DNA of 64,000 bases from an uncultured delta proteobacterium (GCA_963816145.1 CAWFJP010000013.1:171734-235733); one strand, 5' to 3'. Positions 32,031 through 41,586 are shown, numbered from the stretch's first letter. Notes: generated by a model not told the origin, from the sequence alone. Translations and numbers: made by a program.

Positions 32031-34511
32031 TTGAAAATGAAACTCTTGTTGGCTTGCGCCATTTGGCTCTTAATCTTTCAGCCGCGAGCCGCCGATGCGC
32101 AGCCTCTTAACCCCAGCGGATGGAGTCAAGCCGATGTTTTGCGGGCAGTCGCCCGGGGCGAAGGAGCTAAGGTCCTAGCGCTTTATGAAACCCAAGCGGT
32201 CCAATTCGAGAACTCGGCCGAAGCTAGCGAGTCCCCTGGAAAGTATTGGAGATCAGCAGCCAACGCTTATCGACTCGCATCGCTTACCGCGAGATATCTT
32301 GGCAAGTTTGAAAAGGGAATTATTTATGCGGAGAAAATGCTTGCGCTGACTGAGAAGCCTGAGATCACTCGTTTGAAATCGCTTGCCATCAACACCTTGT
32401 TGACGGCTCATCAAAGCACCAATAATTTTGCAAAGGCTTCGGAACTTCTTGAATTTGGATTCAGGGTTGCGAAGGAAATGCCCCCCGACTCACTAGATCG
32501 AATTTGGTGGGAGAGTAGCCTGTATCATATCCAAGGAACCCTCTTCAGACGACAAGGGAACTACGAGAGCGCGGCTGTCGCCTATCGCTATGCGATCAAG
32601 TCGAGAGAAGAGTATCTAACAAAGTTTACTGGCGATGGCCCACAAGCGAGAGACCGTGTGGAAGTTGCCCGGACCCTCATGCTGAACAGTTATTTTGGTC
32701 TTGGGGGTGCCTATATCGCCACGGGGAAGCCGGAACTTGCGTTAGAGAGCTACCAGCGCGGCCTAGCGGCTGCGGAGGAATGGGCGTTGGACTACCCTAA
32801 GGTCAACTTACTCATTGGTGTGGGTAAGGTGCTTTTCGATCGACACGACTTTGCCGGCGCATTGGATAGTTTGCATAAAGCTCTCGACTTGGCCCGCCTT
32901 CAGCAAACGCCGGAACGCGTCAGTAACGCGGCGCGAGGTATCGGCGATGTTTTGCGAGAGACTGGTAAGCCGACGGAGGCCGTGAGTTTCTACCGGGAAG
33001 CGATCGAGCAAGTTGAATCGGTTCGCGCATTGATGGCGTCCCAGAGTAACCGGCAGTCCTACTTCGGTGGCTCGCTTCAAGCCTATTGGGGGATGATTGC
33101 GTCACAGTGGGAAACCGGGGCACATGCTCGGGCGTTTGACTACGGCGAGAGAGCGCGTTCGCGGAGCTTTCTAGATCTGCTCGGTTCGAAAGTGCGGCTG
33201 GTCAATAGGAAAAGCGGCTTAAGCGAGGAAGAGGTTGCTTTAGCCGAAATTAGGATTATAGGCCCGATAAATTTATCGGCTGAGGCGACGAGGGAGTATC
33301 CATCTCCAAGCGAGGATGGGGGCAATCTTGAGGAACGCTATCGGGTGATTCTGGACAAGATACGTACGACAAATTCCGAGCAGGCGACTTTGATGTCGGT
33401 GGAGCCACTCAAGTTGAACGAGGTGCAGAGGTTCCTCGATCCTGAGCAAACTCTGATCGAGTATCTGGTGACGCCCCAGAAGACTTATCTGTGGGTAGTG
33501 GATAGACAGCATGTTCGTGCGCATGAAATTCCGATATCTCGCAACGAGCTTGTCACTAAAGTCCAAGTTTTGAGGACCGCGATTTCTGATCTCAGGCCGT
33601 TGAAAGAATACCAAGCCATATCTCGCGGCTTTTACGATCTTTTCGTCGCACCGGTAAAGCCGTTCATCCGAGGCAAAGAAATTATAATCGTTCCTCATGA
33701 TGTGCTGCACTATGTGCCGTTCCAGGCGTTGTTTTCCTCCGACGGCAAGTACCTCATTGAAGATCATCCTGTGACCTATGTTTCCAGTGCCAGCCTGATT
33801 CAATTTACCAAAGCGAAAAGAAAGCCCGTCGGACAGAAAGTATTAGCTTTCGGAAATCCCAGCTTTGATTCTGCGAAGGTCAATCTTCCGATGTCTGAGT
33901 TGGAAACCGATGCAATCCGCCGTCTCTATCCTCAATCGGTCGCATTTGTGAAAGGAGAAGCCAGCGAAGAAAAGGTCAAAGCGTTATCTCAAGATTATGA
34001 GGTTATCCACTTTGCGGCTCACGCCGAACTGAGTAAGGAAGATCCATTATCGTCCGCCGTTCTGTTAGCCAGAGGCGGCAAGGAAGATGGACGACTCGAA
34101 GTAAGGGAGATCTTCGGTATGGATCTCAAAGCCAGTTTGGTAGTTCTGAGCGGCTGTGAGACCGGATTGGGTGAGCTATCCAGCGGCGACGAATTGGTCG
34201 GACTGACCCGGGCGTTCATTTACGCGGGCACGCCGTCGGTGGTGGCGAGTCTATGGAAAGTCGACGATGCCTCGACGGCGCATTTGATGAGCGGCTTTTA
34301 TCGGAACTTAAAAACCAAGTCCAAAGTTGAGTCGTTAAGGCAGGCACAGTTGGACATGATCCGCGGCAGGGTGAACACGCAGTTGCTGGCCCAGCGCGGA
34401 GTGGGCGGGGTAACGAAGCTCGGGACTCCGGCTGTGCGGACATCGACTACGATTCTCGCTGCACACCCATACTTTTGGGCGCCGTTCATTCTGGTGGGCG
34501 ATGGGAAGTAA
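32031..34511 (+). CDS. Exported TPR-CHAT protease 1
   Basis: Signal peptide; TPR helices; ERARSRSFLD, IVPHDVLHYVPF, IHFAAHA (His), VVLSGCETG (Cys), HPYFWAPFILVGD. Confidence 0.92.
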   Translation: MKMKLLLACAIWLLIFQPRAADAQPLNPSGWSQADVLRAVARGEGAKVLALYETQAVQFENSAEASESPGKYWRSAANAYRLASLTARYLGKFEKGIIYAEKMLALTEKPEITRLKSLAINTLLTAHQSTNNFAKASELLEFGFRVAKEMPPDSLDRIWWESSLYHIQGTLFRRQGNYESAAVAYRYAIKSREEYLTKFTGDGPQARDRVEVARTLMLNSYFGLGGAYIATGKPELALESYQRGLAAAEEWALDYPKVNLLIGVGKVLFDRHDFAGALDSLHKALDLARLQQTPERVSNAARGIGDVLRETGKPTEAVSFYREAIEQVESVRALMASQSNRQSYFGGSLQAYWGMIASQWETGAHARAFDYGERARSRSFLDLLGSKVRLVNRKSGLSEEEVALAEIRIIGPINLSAEATREYPSPSEDGGNLEERYRVILDKIRTTNSEQATLMSVEPLKLNEVQRFLDPEQTLIEYLVTPQKTYLWVVDRQHVRAHEIPISRNELVTKVQVLRTAISDLRPLKEYQAISRGFYDLFVAPVKPFIRGKEIIIVPHDVLHYVPFQALFSSDGKYLIEDHPVTYVSSASLIQFTKAKRKPVGQKVLAFGNPSFDSAKVNLPMSELETDAIRRLYPQSVAFVKGEASEEKVKALSQDYEVIHFAAHAELSKEDPLSSAVLLARGGKEDGRLEVREIFGMDLKASLVVLSGCETGLGELSSGDELVGLTRAFIYAGTPSVVASLWKVDDASTAHLMSGFYRNLKTKSKVESLRQAQLDMIRGRVNTQLLAQRGVGGVTKLGTPAVRTSTTILAAHPYFWAPFILVGDGK

Positions 34512-36939
34512 ATTATCTGCAACCGCAGCTTTATTATTTTTATTTCTAATAGCAATACCGGCGAATTGTCAGCAAACTGAGTTCGACACAAGCTTGATTG
34601 GCGTTTACCGAGCTGTGTCCCAGGGCGAAAGCAAGAAGGCGTTAATATATTACGAGACACAAGCTAGCCGGTACGAGGTTCTCGGAAAATCGAGCGAATC
34701 CCCCGAGGGTTACCGGCGCGCGGCGGCGCAAGCCTATCGAGAGGCGTCGAACGCGGCGCGGCATCTTGGCGATCTTCAAAAAGCCATTGACTACGGAGCG
34801 CGGGCGCTAAAGCTCGCCGAAGGGATCGATAATGCTAACCTGAAATTGGCGGCCATTAGCAGTTTGGAGCAAGCTCATCGAAGCACTAGAGATTTTGCCA
34901 AGGCAGCAGAATTCATAAGCTACGGATTAGAGCTCGCACGACAGTTCCCCGACAATTCGCTCAATCGGCTTTGGTGGGATGGGGTATTTTTCGTCAAAAG
35001 AGCTCAAGAACATAATCGGCAAAGAAGATACCAGAAGGCGATCGAGGACTTTCAAGACGCCATCACCTTCAAGCAAGACTATCTGAGCAGAGTCGCCGAA
35101 CGGGTTAAGAATATAGATGACCGCCGAGAACACGCGCAAATCTCTTTAACACTCGCCTATCGAGCACTCGGAGACGCATATAGCTCGATGGGAAATCCGG
35201 ATCGAGCGCTGGCGAGTTATCAAATCGGCATCGAAGCGGCCGAGAAATGGGCATTGGAACTTCCCCAGACCGGATTGTATCTCGGCGTGGGTAATATTCT
35301 CCACGGCCGTATGGAATACGCCGCGGCACTGGACAGCTTCCACAACGCTCTGCGCTTCGCGCAGCAGCAGCGCTGGCCGGCGCTCATTAGCATTGCCGCA
35401 CGGCGCATCGGTGACATTTTGCGGGAGATGGGCCGAGGGACCGAGGCTGTAGCTTTCTACCGAGAAGCCGTCGCGCAAATCGAGTCAATGCGCTCGTTGC
35501 TTGCGTCCGAGCAAAACCGACAGTCCTATTTTGGTGGCTGGCTCGGCGCTTATCAGGGCATGATCGGAGCGTTATGGAATACGGGGGACTACGGCCAGGC
35601 ATTTGACTACAGCGAGAGGATTCGTTCGCGGACCTTCTTGGATATTTTAGGATCGAAGCCACGATTCTCCGGCGTGGCAACTTCTTCGACGGAGGAATCC
35701 TTTAGCGTGGCTGACGCCGTATTTTTTGACGGTCGCCAGGAAGTTGCGGGAGGACTGTCTCAAACCGTAGCCCGCAAGATTCGCAAAACCGACACCGAGC
35801 AGGCGTCATTGTTATCCGAGACGCCTCTTACTCTGCAACAGGTGCAAACATTGTTGGAGCCCGGGCAGGCGCTGCTCGAATATCTGGTGACGCCCGAAAA
35901 GATTTACCTATGGGTAGTCGATAAGCAGCAAGTTCGCGCGCACGAAGTACGGTTAACTCGGAAGGAGATTGTCGTTAAAGTTCAAGCCTTGCGAACGGCG
36001 ATCTCTGATCTCAGGCAGTTAGAAGAATTCCAAGCGATTGCTCGCGATCTACACGATACTTTAGTTGCACCGATAAGGCCGCTCATACGGGGTAAAGAAA
36101 TTATCATCGTGCCGCACGACGTGCTGCACTATATGCCGTTTCAAGCGTTGTATTCGCCGCAGGGGAAATATTTGGTCGAAGATCATTCTATCTCGTATCT
36201 TTCCAGCGCCAGCCTGCTTCGATTCACCAAAGCCAAAAGAAGGCCCGTTGGCGAGAAAGTATTAGCTTTCGGTAATCCGAGCTTTGATGTTGCGAAGGTT
36301 AGTCTTCCGATGTCGGAACTGGAAACAGATGAGATTGGCCGACTCTTTTCCCGGGCTACCGTGCTGGTGAAATCAGAAGCCACCGAAGAAAAGGTGAAAG
36401 CGTTATCTCAAAATTATGACGTTCTTCACTTCGCCACCCACGCCGAGCTAAGCAAAGCAAACCCACTGTCATCCGCCGTTTTCTTCGCGAAGACTACCAA
36501 CGAAGATGGACGGCTCGAAGTCAGGGAAATATTCGGCATGGATCTCAAAGCAAGTCTGGTGGTTTTGAGCGGGTGTGAGACCGGTTTGGGCGAGCTGTCC
36601 AGCGGAGACGAATTGGTCGGGCTAACCAGGGCATTCATTTACGCGGGCACACCGTCTGTCGTTGCCAGCCTTTGGAAAGTGGACGACGCGTCGACGGCAC
36701 ATTTGATGGGCAGTTTTTACCGGAATCTAAAAACCAAGACTAAAGTCGAATCGTTGCGCCAAGCACAGTTGGCAATGATCCGCGGCAAGGTGAACACGAA
36801 CCTGCTCGCCCAGCGCGGCGTCGGCGGCGTTGGCAAACTCGGACAGGCACCGGCTCGCGCTTCTCTATCTCAAAACTCTATCTCAACTTCTCACCCCTAC
36901 TTCTGGGCGCCGTTTATCTTGGTCGGGGACGGGAAGTGA
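34501..36939 (+). CDS. Exported TPR-CHAT protease 2 (paralog, 11-bp overlap with protease 1)
   Basis: Signal-like N-terminus; TPRs; LHFATHA, VVLSGCETG, HPYFWAPFILVGDGK. Confidence 0.92.
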   Translation: MGSKLSATAALLFLFLIAIPANCQQTEFDTSLIGVYRAVSQGESKKALIYYETQASRYEVLGKSSESPEGYRRAAAQAYREASNAARHLGDLQKAIDYGARALKLAEGIDNANLKLAAISSLEQAHRSTRDFAKAAEFISYGLELARQFPDNSLNRLWWDGVFFVKRAQEHNRQRRYQKAIEDFQDAITFKQDYLSRVAERVKNIDDRREHAQISLTLAYRALGDAYSSMGNPDRALASYQIGIEAAEKWALELPQTGLYLGVGNILHGRMEYAAALDSFHNALRFAQQQRWPALISIAARRIGDILREMGRGTEAVAFYREAVAQIESMRSLLASEQNRQSYFGGWLGAYQGMIGALWNTGDYGQAFDYSERIRSRTFLDILGSKPRFSGVATSSTEESFSVADAVFFDGRQEVAGGLSQTVARKIRKTDTEQASLLSETPLTLQQVQTLLEPGQALLEYLVTPEKIYLWVVDKQQVRAHEVRLTRKEIVVKVQALRTAISDLRQLEEFQAIARDLHDTLVAPIRPLIRGKEIIIVPHDVLHYMPFQALYSPQGKYLVEDHSISYLSSASLLRFTKAKRRPVGEKVLAFGNPSFDVAKVSLPMSELETDEIGRLFSRATVLVKSEATEEKVKALSQNYDVLHFATHAELSKANPLSSAVFFAKTTNEDGRLEVREIFGMDLKASLVVLSGCETGLGELSSGDELVGLTRAFIYAGTPSVVASLWKVDDASTAHLMGSFYRNLKTKTKVESLRQAQLAMIRGKVNTNLLAQRGVGGVGKLGQAPARASLSQNSISTSHPYFWAPFILVGDGK

Positions 36940-37520
36940 GGATAGGCAAGAGGCATGAGGCAATAGGCAACAGTCGGAGGCTTGAAAGACCCGGGCGAAA
37001 CTTACGTACGGTAACAATTCGTGTACGTAAAAATACGAGTGGCAACGTTAAAAAGACAACCCTAATACCTTGTTGCACGCACCAACTCGTTAGACGGTTT
37101 GGGGTTGGGGAAGCAGTGGTGGAGAGGTTGCCGTTCACCGCCCAGCATTTGGCGAGGCAATGACGGAGTTGAAAAACTCCGGGCGGGGTGCGCGCCGATT
37201 TTACATAGCAATTCCCTGCAATGACGTGGCTAAGGAGCAAGGCGACTAAGGACAAAGTCAAAGCGTTGGTGCGCGACTACGACATTCAGCACTTTTCCGC
37301 CCGGGCGGAGACGAAACAAGATGCCCCGTGATCGTCAGCTGTTCTGTGGGCAAAAACCGGATCCGACGACGGTCGTCTGGAAGCGCGCAACGTTTTCGGT
37401 GCCGGACTCTTGGCCCTACTTCGAGGATCCGTCTATCCTGGTCGGGGCGGGGAAGTGACGCCACCGCAGGCACCTGTTTCATGGATTGCGTTTTTCTCTT
37501 GGTTCTATAACAATACTGAT

Positions 37521-37745
37521 ATGCATCTGGAACGAATCACCATCAAACCCGATGTTTGCGGCGGGGAACCGACGATCCGTGGGATGCGAATCACTGTCAG
37601 TCACGTCCTTGAAATGCTGGCGGGCGATATGACACCCGGGGAGATCCTGAAAGACTTTCCCTACTTGGAAAAGGCCGACATCGAAGCTTGTCTCGACTAT
37701 GCAGCGCGTCAAGCAGCCCATCGTGAAGTTCTGCTGAGCAAGTGA
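37521..37745 (+). CDS. DUF433 (VapB45-like) antitoxin
   Basis: RITIKPDVCGGEPTIRGMRITV...EILKDFPYL..ADI.ACL.YA is the typical DUF433 pattern. Confidence 0.9.
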   Translation: MHLERITIKPDVCGGEPTIRGMRITVSHVLEMLAGDMTPGEILKDFPYLEKADIEACLDYAARQAAHREVLLSK

Positions 37746-37993
37746 AATTCCTAGTCCTGGTCCCACTTGAACCTTTACCGATGAAGTCCCAGATCGGGTC
37801 GTTCGAGCCGAGGAGTTTGCGTACCGTAGCGCGGGCAAGTCGGGCGAATTTCTGGCGATGAAACCAGCAGTTACCTCTCTATTTCAAGACTCTATCTCTG
37901 TCGCGATTTTCCATTTTTACTTCTGCGCGCTGTTCATCTTCGTTGGAGAAGGAAAGTGACTATCGTGGGATGATAGTGAATCATTACTTACTT

Positions 37994-39142
37994 TCAAAAA
38001 ATATCCCCCGCAGCTAGCTGTTCGCAAAATTCTTTCGCTGAAATAATTAGTATGTCATCCTCAGTTTTGTGGCTCTGATTTTCCAAGCAGACCAATACTC
38101 GCCTCTTAACTCGTGGGTGATCGTTGACGAGCGACCTGAGATTGCGCAGATGATCGGCGGTAACTTTGGCCGTCGCCTTGGCTTCGATGGCGACTTCCAT
38201 GTCATTGACGATGAAGTCGACTTCGACGCCCGTGGTCAGACGCCAATAGCTCAGGGTCGCAAAAGCCTCGCTGTAGGCGTTATGGGCGCTCAACTCGTGG
38301 AAGACCCAATTTTCGAATGCCTTGCCAAAGAGTTCGGACCCCGGTTGCAACTGTCCTCTACGCGCGAGGTAGTTTACGACTCCGACATCGGCGAAATAGA
38401 ATTTCGGGGCGCCGATGACGCGCCGCTTCGGCCGCTTTCGGTAAGCTGGCAACCATTTCCCCAACAACGTGTCTTCAAGAATCTGAAAGTAGCCTTTAAT
38501 GGTGGGGCTCGATACACCGCAATCACGCGCGATGGTCGAGAAGTTGACCATCTCAGCGTCGGAAAGTGCTGCGATATTGAGGAACTCAGAAAAACGCGGC
38601 AGATTGCGCACTACACCTTCGGCGGCGATCTCTTCTTTAAGATAGTCGGCGACGTATCCGTTCAAAAGACGAACAGGGGTATCGGATAGATAGATCGTTG
38701 GTAGGTAGCCATGATTTAGCATACGCGTTAAATCGAATTCTTTACCGATTTCAATTGCCGTTAGGCCGTGAAGTTCGTAGCGCAGTGCGCGTCCGCCTAG
38801 GAGATTGGCATGACCGCGTTTCACTTTGCGCGCGCTTGACCCGCATAACGCAAATCGAGCACCTCGATGTTCATGAAGCCAGTGAACCTCGTCAAGAAGT
38901 TGCGGGACTTTTTGGATTTCGTCGATGACGATTTGCGCGGGCAGCGTGCCGGTCGCAAGTTGTGCGCGCAACACTTCCGGATTTTGCAGAAAGCGACGGT
39001 ATTCTTCGGCTTTGAGAAGATCGATCCGGAGTGCGTCTGGGTAGGTGGCTTCTAAAAGCGTTGTTTTCCCAGTTTGTCGCGGACCCCAGAGAAAGAAGGT
39101 CTCCACCCCCGACTTTGGTAGTCGAATTGATCGCTTGAACAT
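37994..39142 (-). CDS. AAA_14 + DUF4143 ATP-binding protein
   Basis: GPRQTGKT, IDEIQK, LCGSSA, KFYFADVG, FENWV, EVDF...IEAK PD-(D/E)xK-like tail. Confidence 0.9.
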   Translation of the reverse strand: MFKRSIRLPKSGVETFFLWGPRQTGKTTLLEATYPDALRIDLLKAEEYRRFLQNPEVLRAQLATGTLPAQIVIDEIQKVPQLLDEVHWLHEHRGARFALCGSSARKVKRGHANLLGGRALRYELHGLTAIEIGKEFDLTRMLNHGYLPTIYLSDTPVRLLNGYVADYLKEEIAAEGVVRNLPRFSEFLNIAALSDAEMVNFSTIARDCGVSSPTIKGYFQILEDTLLGKWLPAYRKRPKRRVIGAPKFYFADVGVVNYLARRGQLQPGSELFGKAFENWVFHELSAHNAYSEAFATLSYWRLTTGVEVDFIVNDMEVAIEAKATAKVTADHLRNLRSLVNDHPRVKRRVLVCLENQSHKTEDDILIISAKEFCEQLAAGDIF

Positions 39143-39143
39143 G

Positions 39144-39177
39144 CACTTTAATTTATCATGATAATTTAAAGTGTCAA
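39144..39177 (-). promoter_or_regulatory. Promoter embedded in a 30-bp near-perfect palindrome (probable operator)
   Basis: Minus strand TTGACA-N16-TAAATT-N7-ATG; cactttaatttatca/tgataatttaaagtg palindrome with one mismatch. Confidence 0.6.
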
Positions 39178-39208
39178 TTTGAGATCGTTCAACTGGCTAA
39201 TAATAAAA

Positions 39209-39240
39209 GAAAAAGGCGAGCCATTAGGCATGCCTTTTTC
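39209..39240 (-). terminator. Intrinsic terminator after amidohydrolase
   Basis: gaaaaaggc...gcctttttc inverted repeat with A/T tracts. Confidence 0.55.
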
Positions 39241-39267
39241 GCTATTTAACGAAATTTAGAGCGATTT

Positions 39268-40362
39268 TTACAATCCTGGCGTGCCAAGATTGTAAAACCG
39301 CCGGGCGTTGCCGTGCAGGACGGCGGCTTTGTCGGCTTCGCTGATGTCGGGGTTTTCCAGCATCTCGTTGATCTCGTGTTTACAAAAATCGTTGTTGACT
39401 TCGTGCGGGTAGTCGCTCGAGTAGACCCACGGTTTGTTGCCGAGCCGTTTGATGGCGTGGGCGATGTCCGGCTCCTCGCCTTCGCAGCCGACGAAGATAC
39501 GCCCGGCATCGACATGGCGGGCGATGTAGTCGCAAACTTTTTCCTTGGACTTTAAATCGAGGAAGCGTTTGCGCGGGTCATGTTGAATGTGCGTTTCCCA
39601 GGAGCGATCGAAGCGCTCCAAGCACATCAGCATCCAGGCAACACCGCCTTCCATGAAGCCGAATTTGACGTTGGGATACTTGTCGAAGACGCCGTTAAAG
39701 ACGATACCGGCGAAGGAGATCATCTGGCCGAACGGATGGCCCAAGGCGTGGACCGGCGCATAGGGAGTCAAGTCGTCGAGCCCCAGGTTTTCATGGGCGC
39801 CGCCGTGGATGCCGATGGCGCAGCCGAGTTTATTGGCCTCTTCGTAAATCGGCCAATAACGAGAGTCGCCCAAGTGCGCTTGAATGCCGGTCGACGGCAA
39901 CATAATTCCACACATGCCGAGCTCTTTGACCACCCTGTGCAGTTCCTCCACGGCCGCAGCCGGTTCCTGCAGAGGGACCAAGCCCATGGCCTGGAAGCGC
40001 GGGTTGTATTTCATGTAGGTGTTGTAAATCCAGTCGTTGTAGCCGCGCGCCACGTCGATAGCCCAGTCGTGGCTGACGATCTTGCCGAACGCCAAACCTA
40101 ACGTCGTGTAAAGCACGGTTTTCTCGATGCCGACATCTTCTAAAAAATTGACCCAGCCATCGGGCCCGACTTTGTTGAACGCGCCCGGAGGGAAGTCGTG
40201 CATATTAGCCGAATGCAAATGGTCAAGGGGGGGGAAGGGATTGAAAAATGGATGGGTGTCATATTTGTCGCGATAGGATTGCGGCATGTAGTTGATGATC
40301 GCTTTGGTGTCCTCGATCACGTGACCGTCGCCGTCGATAATCGTGTGTCCTTTGTATGGCAT
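39268..40362 (-). CDS. Amidohydrolase_2 family protein
   Basis: IIDGDGHV, GIHGG, FMEGG, YSSDYPH, NARRFY. Confidence 0.9.
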   Translation of the reverse strand: MPYKGHTIIDGDGHVIEDTKAIINYMPQSYRDKYDTHPFFNPFPPLDHLHSANMHDFPPGAFNKVGPDGWVNFLEDVGIEKTVLYTTLGLAFGKIVSHDWAIDVARGYNDWIYNTYMKYNPRFQAMGLVPLQEPAAAVEELHRVVKELGMCGIMLPSTGIQAHLGDSRYWPIYEEANKLGCAIGIHGGAHENLGLDDLTPYAPVHALGHPFGQMISFAGIVFNGVFDKYPNVKFGFMEGGVAWMLMCLERFDRSWETHIQHDPRKRFLDLKSKEKVCDYIARHVDAGRIFVGCEGEEPDIAHAIKRLGNKPWVYSSDYPHEVNNDFCKHEINEMLENPDISEADKAAVLHGNARRFYNLGTPGL

Positions 40363-40454
40363 GGGGGTTTCCTCCTTAGCGTGTTGGCTATTAGGTCATC
40401 AAGGCGAGGGTAGTTTGTCAAGGCCGCTGGCGCCTCAAGCGCCAGCAGTTTACT

Positions 40455-40510
40455 GTTTCTGGTTTCGAGTTCCGGGTTAACTCGAAACCAGAAACTCCAA
40501 ACTCGAAACC
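40455..40510. repeat. Intergenic palindrome built from heptamer-like units
   Basis: Perfect 17-bp inverted repeat gtttctggtttcgagtt / aactcgaaaccagaaac plus an extra actcgaaacc copy. Confidence 0.7.
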
Positions 40511-40512
40511 GG

Positions 40513-41586
40513 TTACGACCCCGCGCCGCCAAACCATTTGGCGTAGAGCAAGTCGTAGGTGCCGTTCTCTTTCAATTTGAGCAAGGCTTCGTTGACCCGT
40601 TTGCGCAGCGGGCTTTGGTCGGGAAAGGCGATGCCGTAGTTTTCCTTGCGAAAGATCGCGCCGACCGTTTGGAATCGCCCCTTGCCTTCGTGGGAGGCGA
40701 AGTGGAGCAGCACCGGCGCGTCGTAGACCACGGCGTCCAGTTGGCCATGTTGCAGCGCCGGATAGGCGTCTTCAACTTTGGCGTAATCCATCGCTTCGAT
40801 GTTGTGCTGGCGCAGGTATTCGCTGGCGGTGCTGCCTTTGACGCTGGCGATGCGTTTGCCGGGCAGATCTTCGGGGCCGTTAATGTCGCTGCGCAATTGT
40901 TGCAAGGTTAGATTGGAAGTGACGGCGGCGGTGAAGTAGGCGATGAACACGACGCTGGCGAACATCCAAAACACCGCAACCATGCGGGCCAGGGCGGCGC
41001 GCGGCATTTGGTCGGCCTGGGTGGCGAGGGTCGATGCCGCCCACCAGCAAACTTCGAAGATGCCTGGAAAGTATTTTTTATGGGTCAACATGCCGCTCGG
41101 ATGGCGCTGTTCAAACCACCAAACTAAATGGGCGATGACGAGCAGGATCAAAGCTACGCCCAAAACGTAGGGTACCACCGCGGCTGAAAACAGATTGGCA
41201 AGGATCGATCGGATCAAGGCGGTTCGGTCGCCCCGAACCGGCGCGAGGATTTGCAGACCGGCGTCGAACATCGGCTGCGAGAAGTCCAATTCCAGCTCGC
41301 GCTCCGCGGTGATAGAAATCGCCGCGATGCCCAGCGCCGCCTGCTGCGACTTCAGCGCATCCAACAACTCTTTCACGGTCGGCTTGACCATGAAATCGGA
41401 TTTGACGTTCATCTGCTTGGCGATCTCGTCCCAGAGTTCGACGCTGAAGCCGGTAAGCTTGCCTTTTTCTTCAAATACGAAGGGTTTGACGATGCGCGTG
41501 GCGACCCGGAGCGGTCCTCCCGCCGATTGGGCGAAGGCGTTGGAAGCCGCGCAACAAGCGATGACCAGTGCGAAAAGCCAGTTCAT
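40513..41586 (-). CDS. Prokaryotic ionotropic glutamate receptor-like protein (SBP_bac_3 split by a 2-TM pore)
   Basis: Signal peptide, S1 (GFSVELW, ISITAERE, DFSQP), M1, pore helix WWAAST, M2 IAYFTAAVTS, S2 (DAPVL, YGIAF). Confidence 0.88.
   Translation of the reverse strand: MNWLFALVIACCAASNAFAQSAGGPLRVATRIVKPFVFEEKGKLTGFSVELWDEIAKQMNVKSDFMVKPTVKELLDALKSQQAALGIAAISITAERELELDFSQPMFDAGLQILAPVRGDRTALIRSILANLFSAAVVPYVLGVALILLVIAHLVWWFEQRHPSGMLTHKKYFPGIFEVCWWAASTLATQADQMPRAALARMVAVFWMFASVVFIAYFTAAVTSNLTLQQLRSDINGPEDLPGKRIASVKGSTASEYLRQHNIEAMDYAKVEDAYPALQHGQLDAVVYDAPVLLHFASHEGKGRFQTVGAIFRKENYGIAFPDQSPLRKRVNEALLKLKENGTYDLLYAKWFGGAGS

Noticed and set aside
15112-36939. Type III-E CRISPR/Craspase locus
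   Set aside because: No Cas7-11, Cas10 or repeat-spacer array in the window; the TPR-CHATs carry signal peptides.
36940-37520. Short ORFs or ncRNA after the CHAT locus
   Set aside because: No recognisable motif, RBS or structure that I can support.
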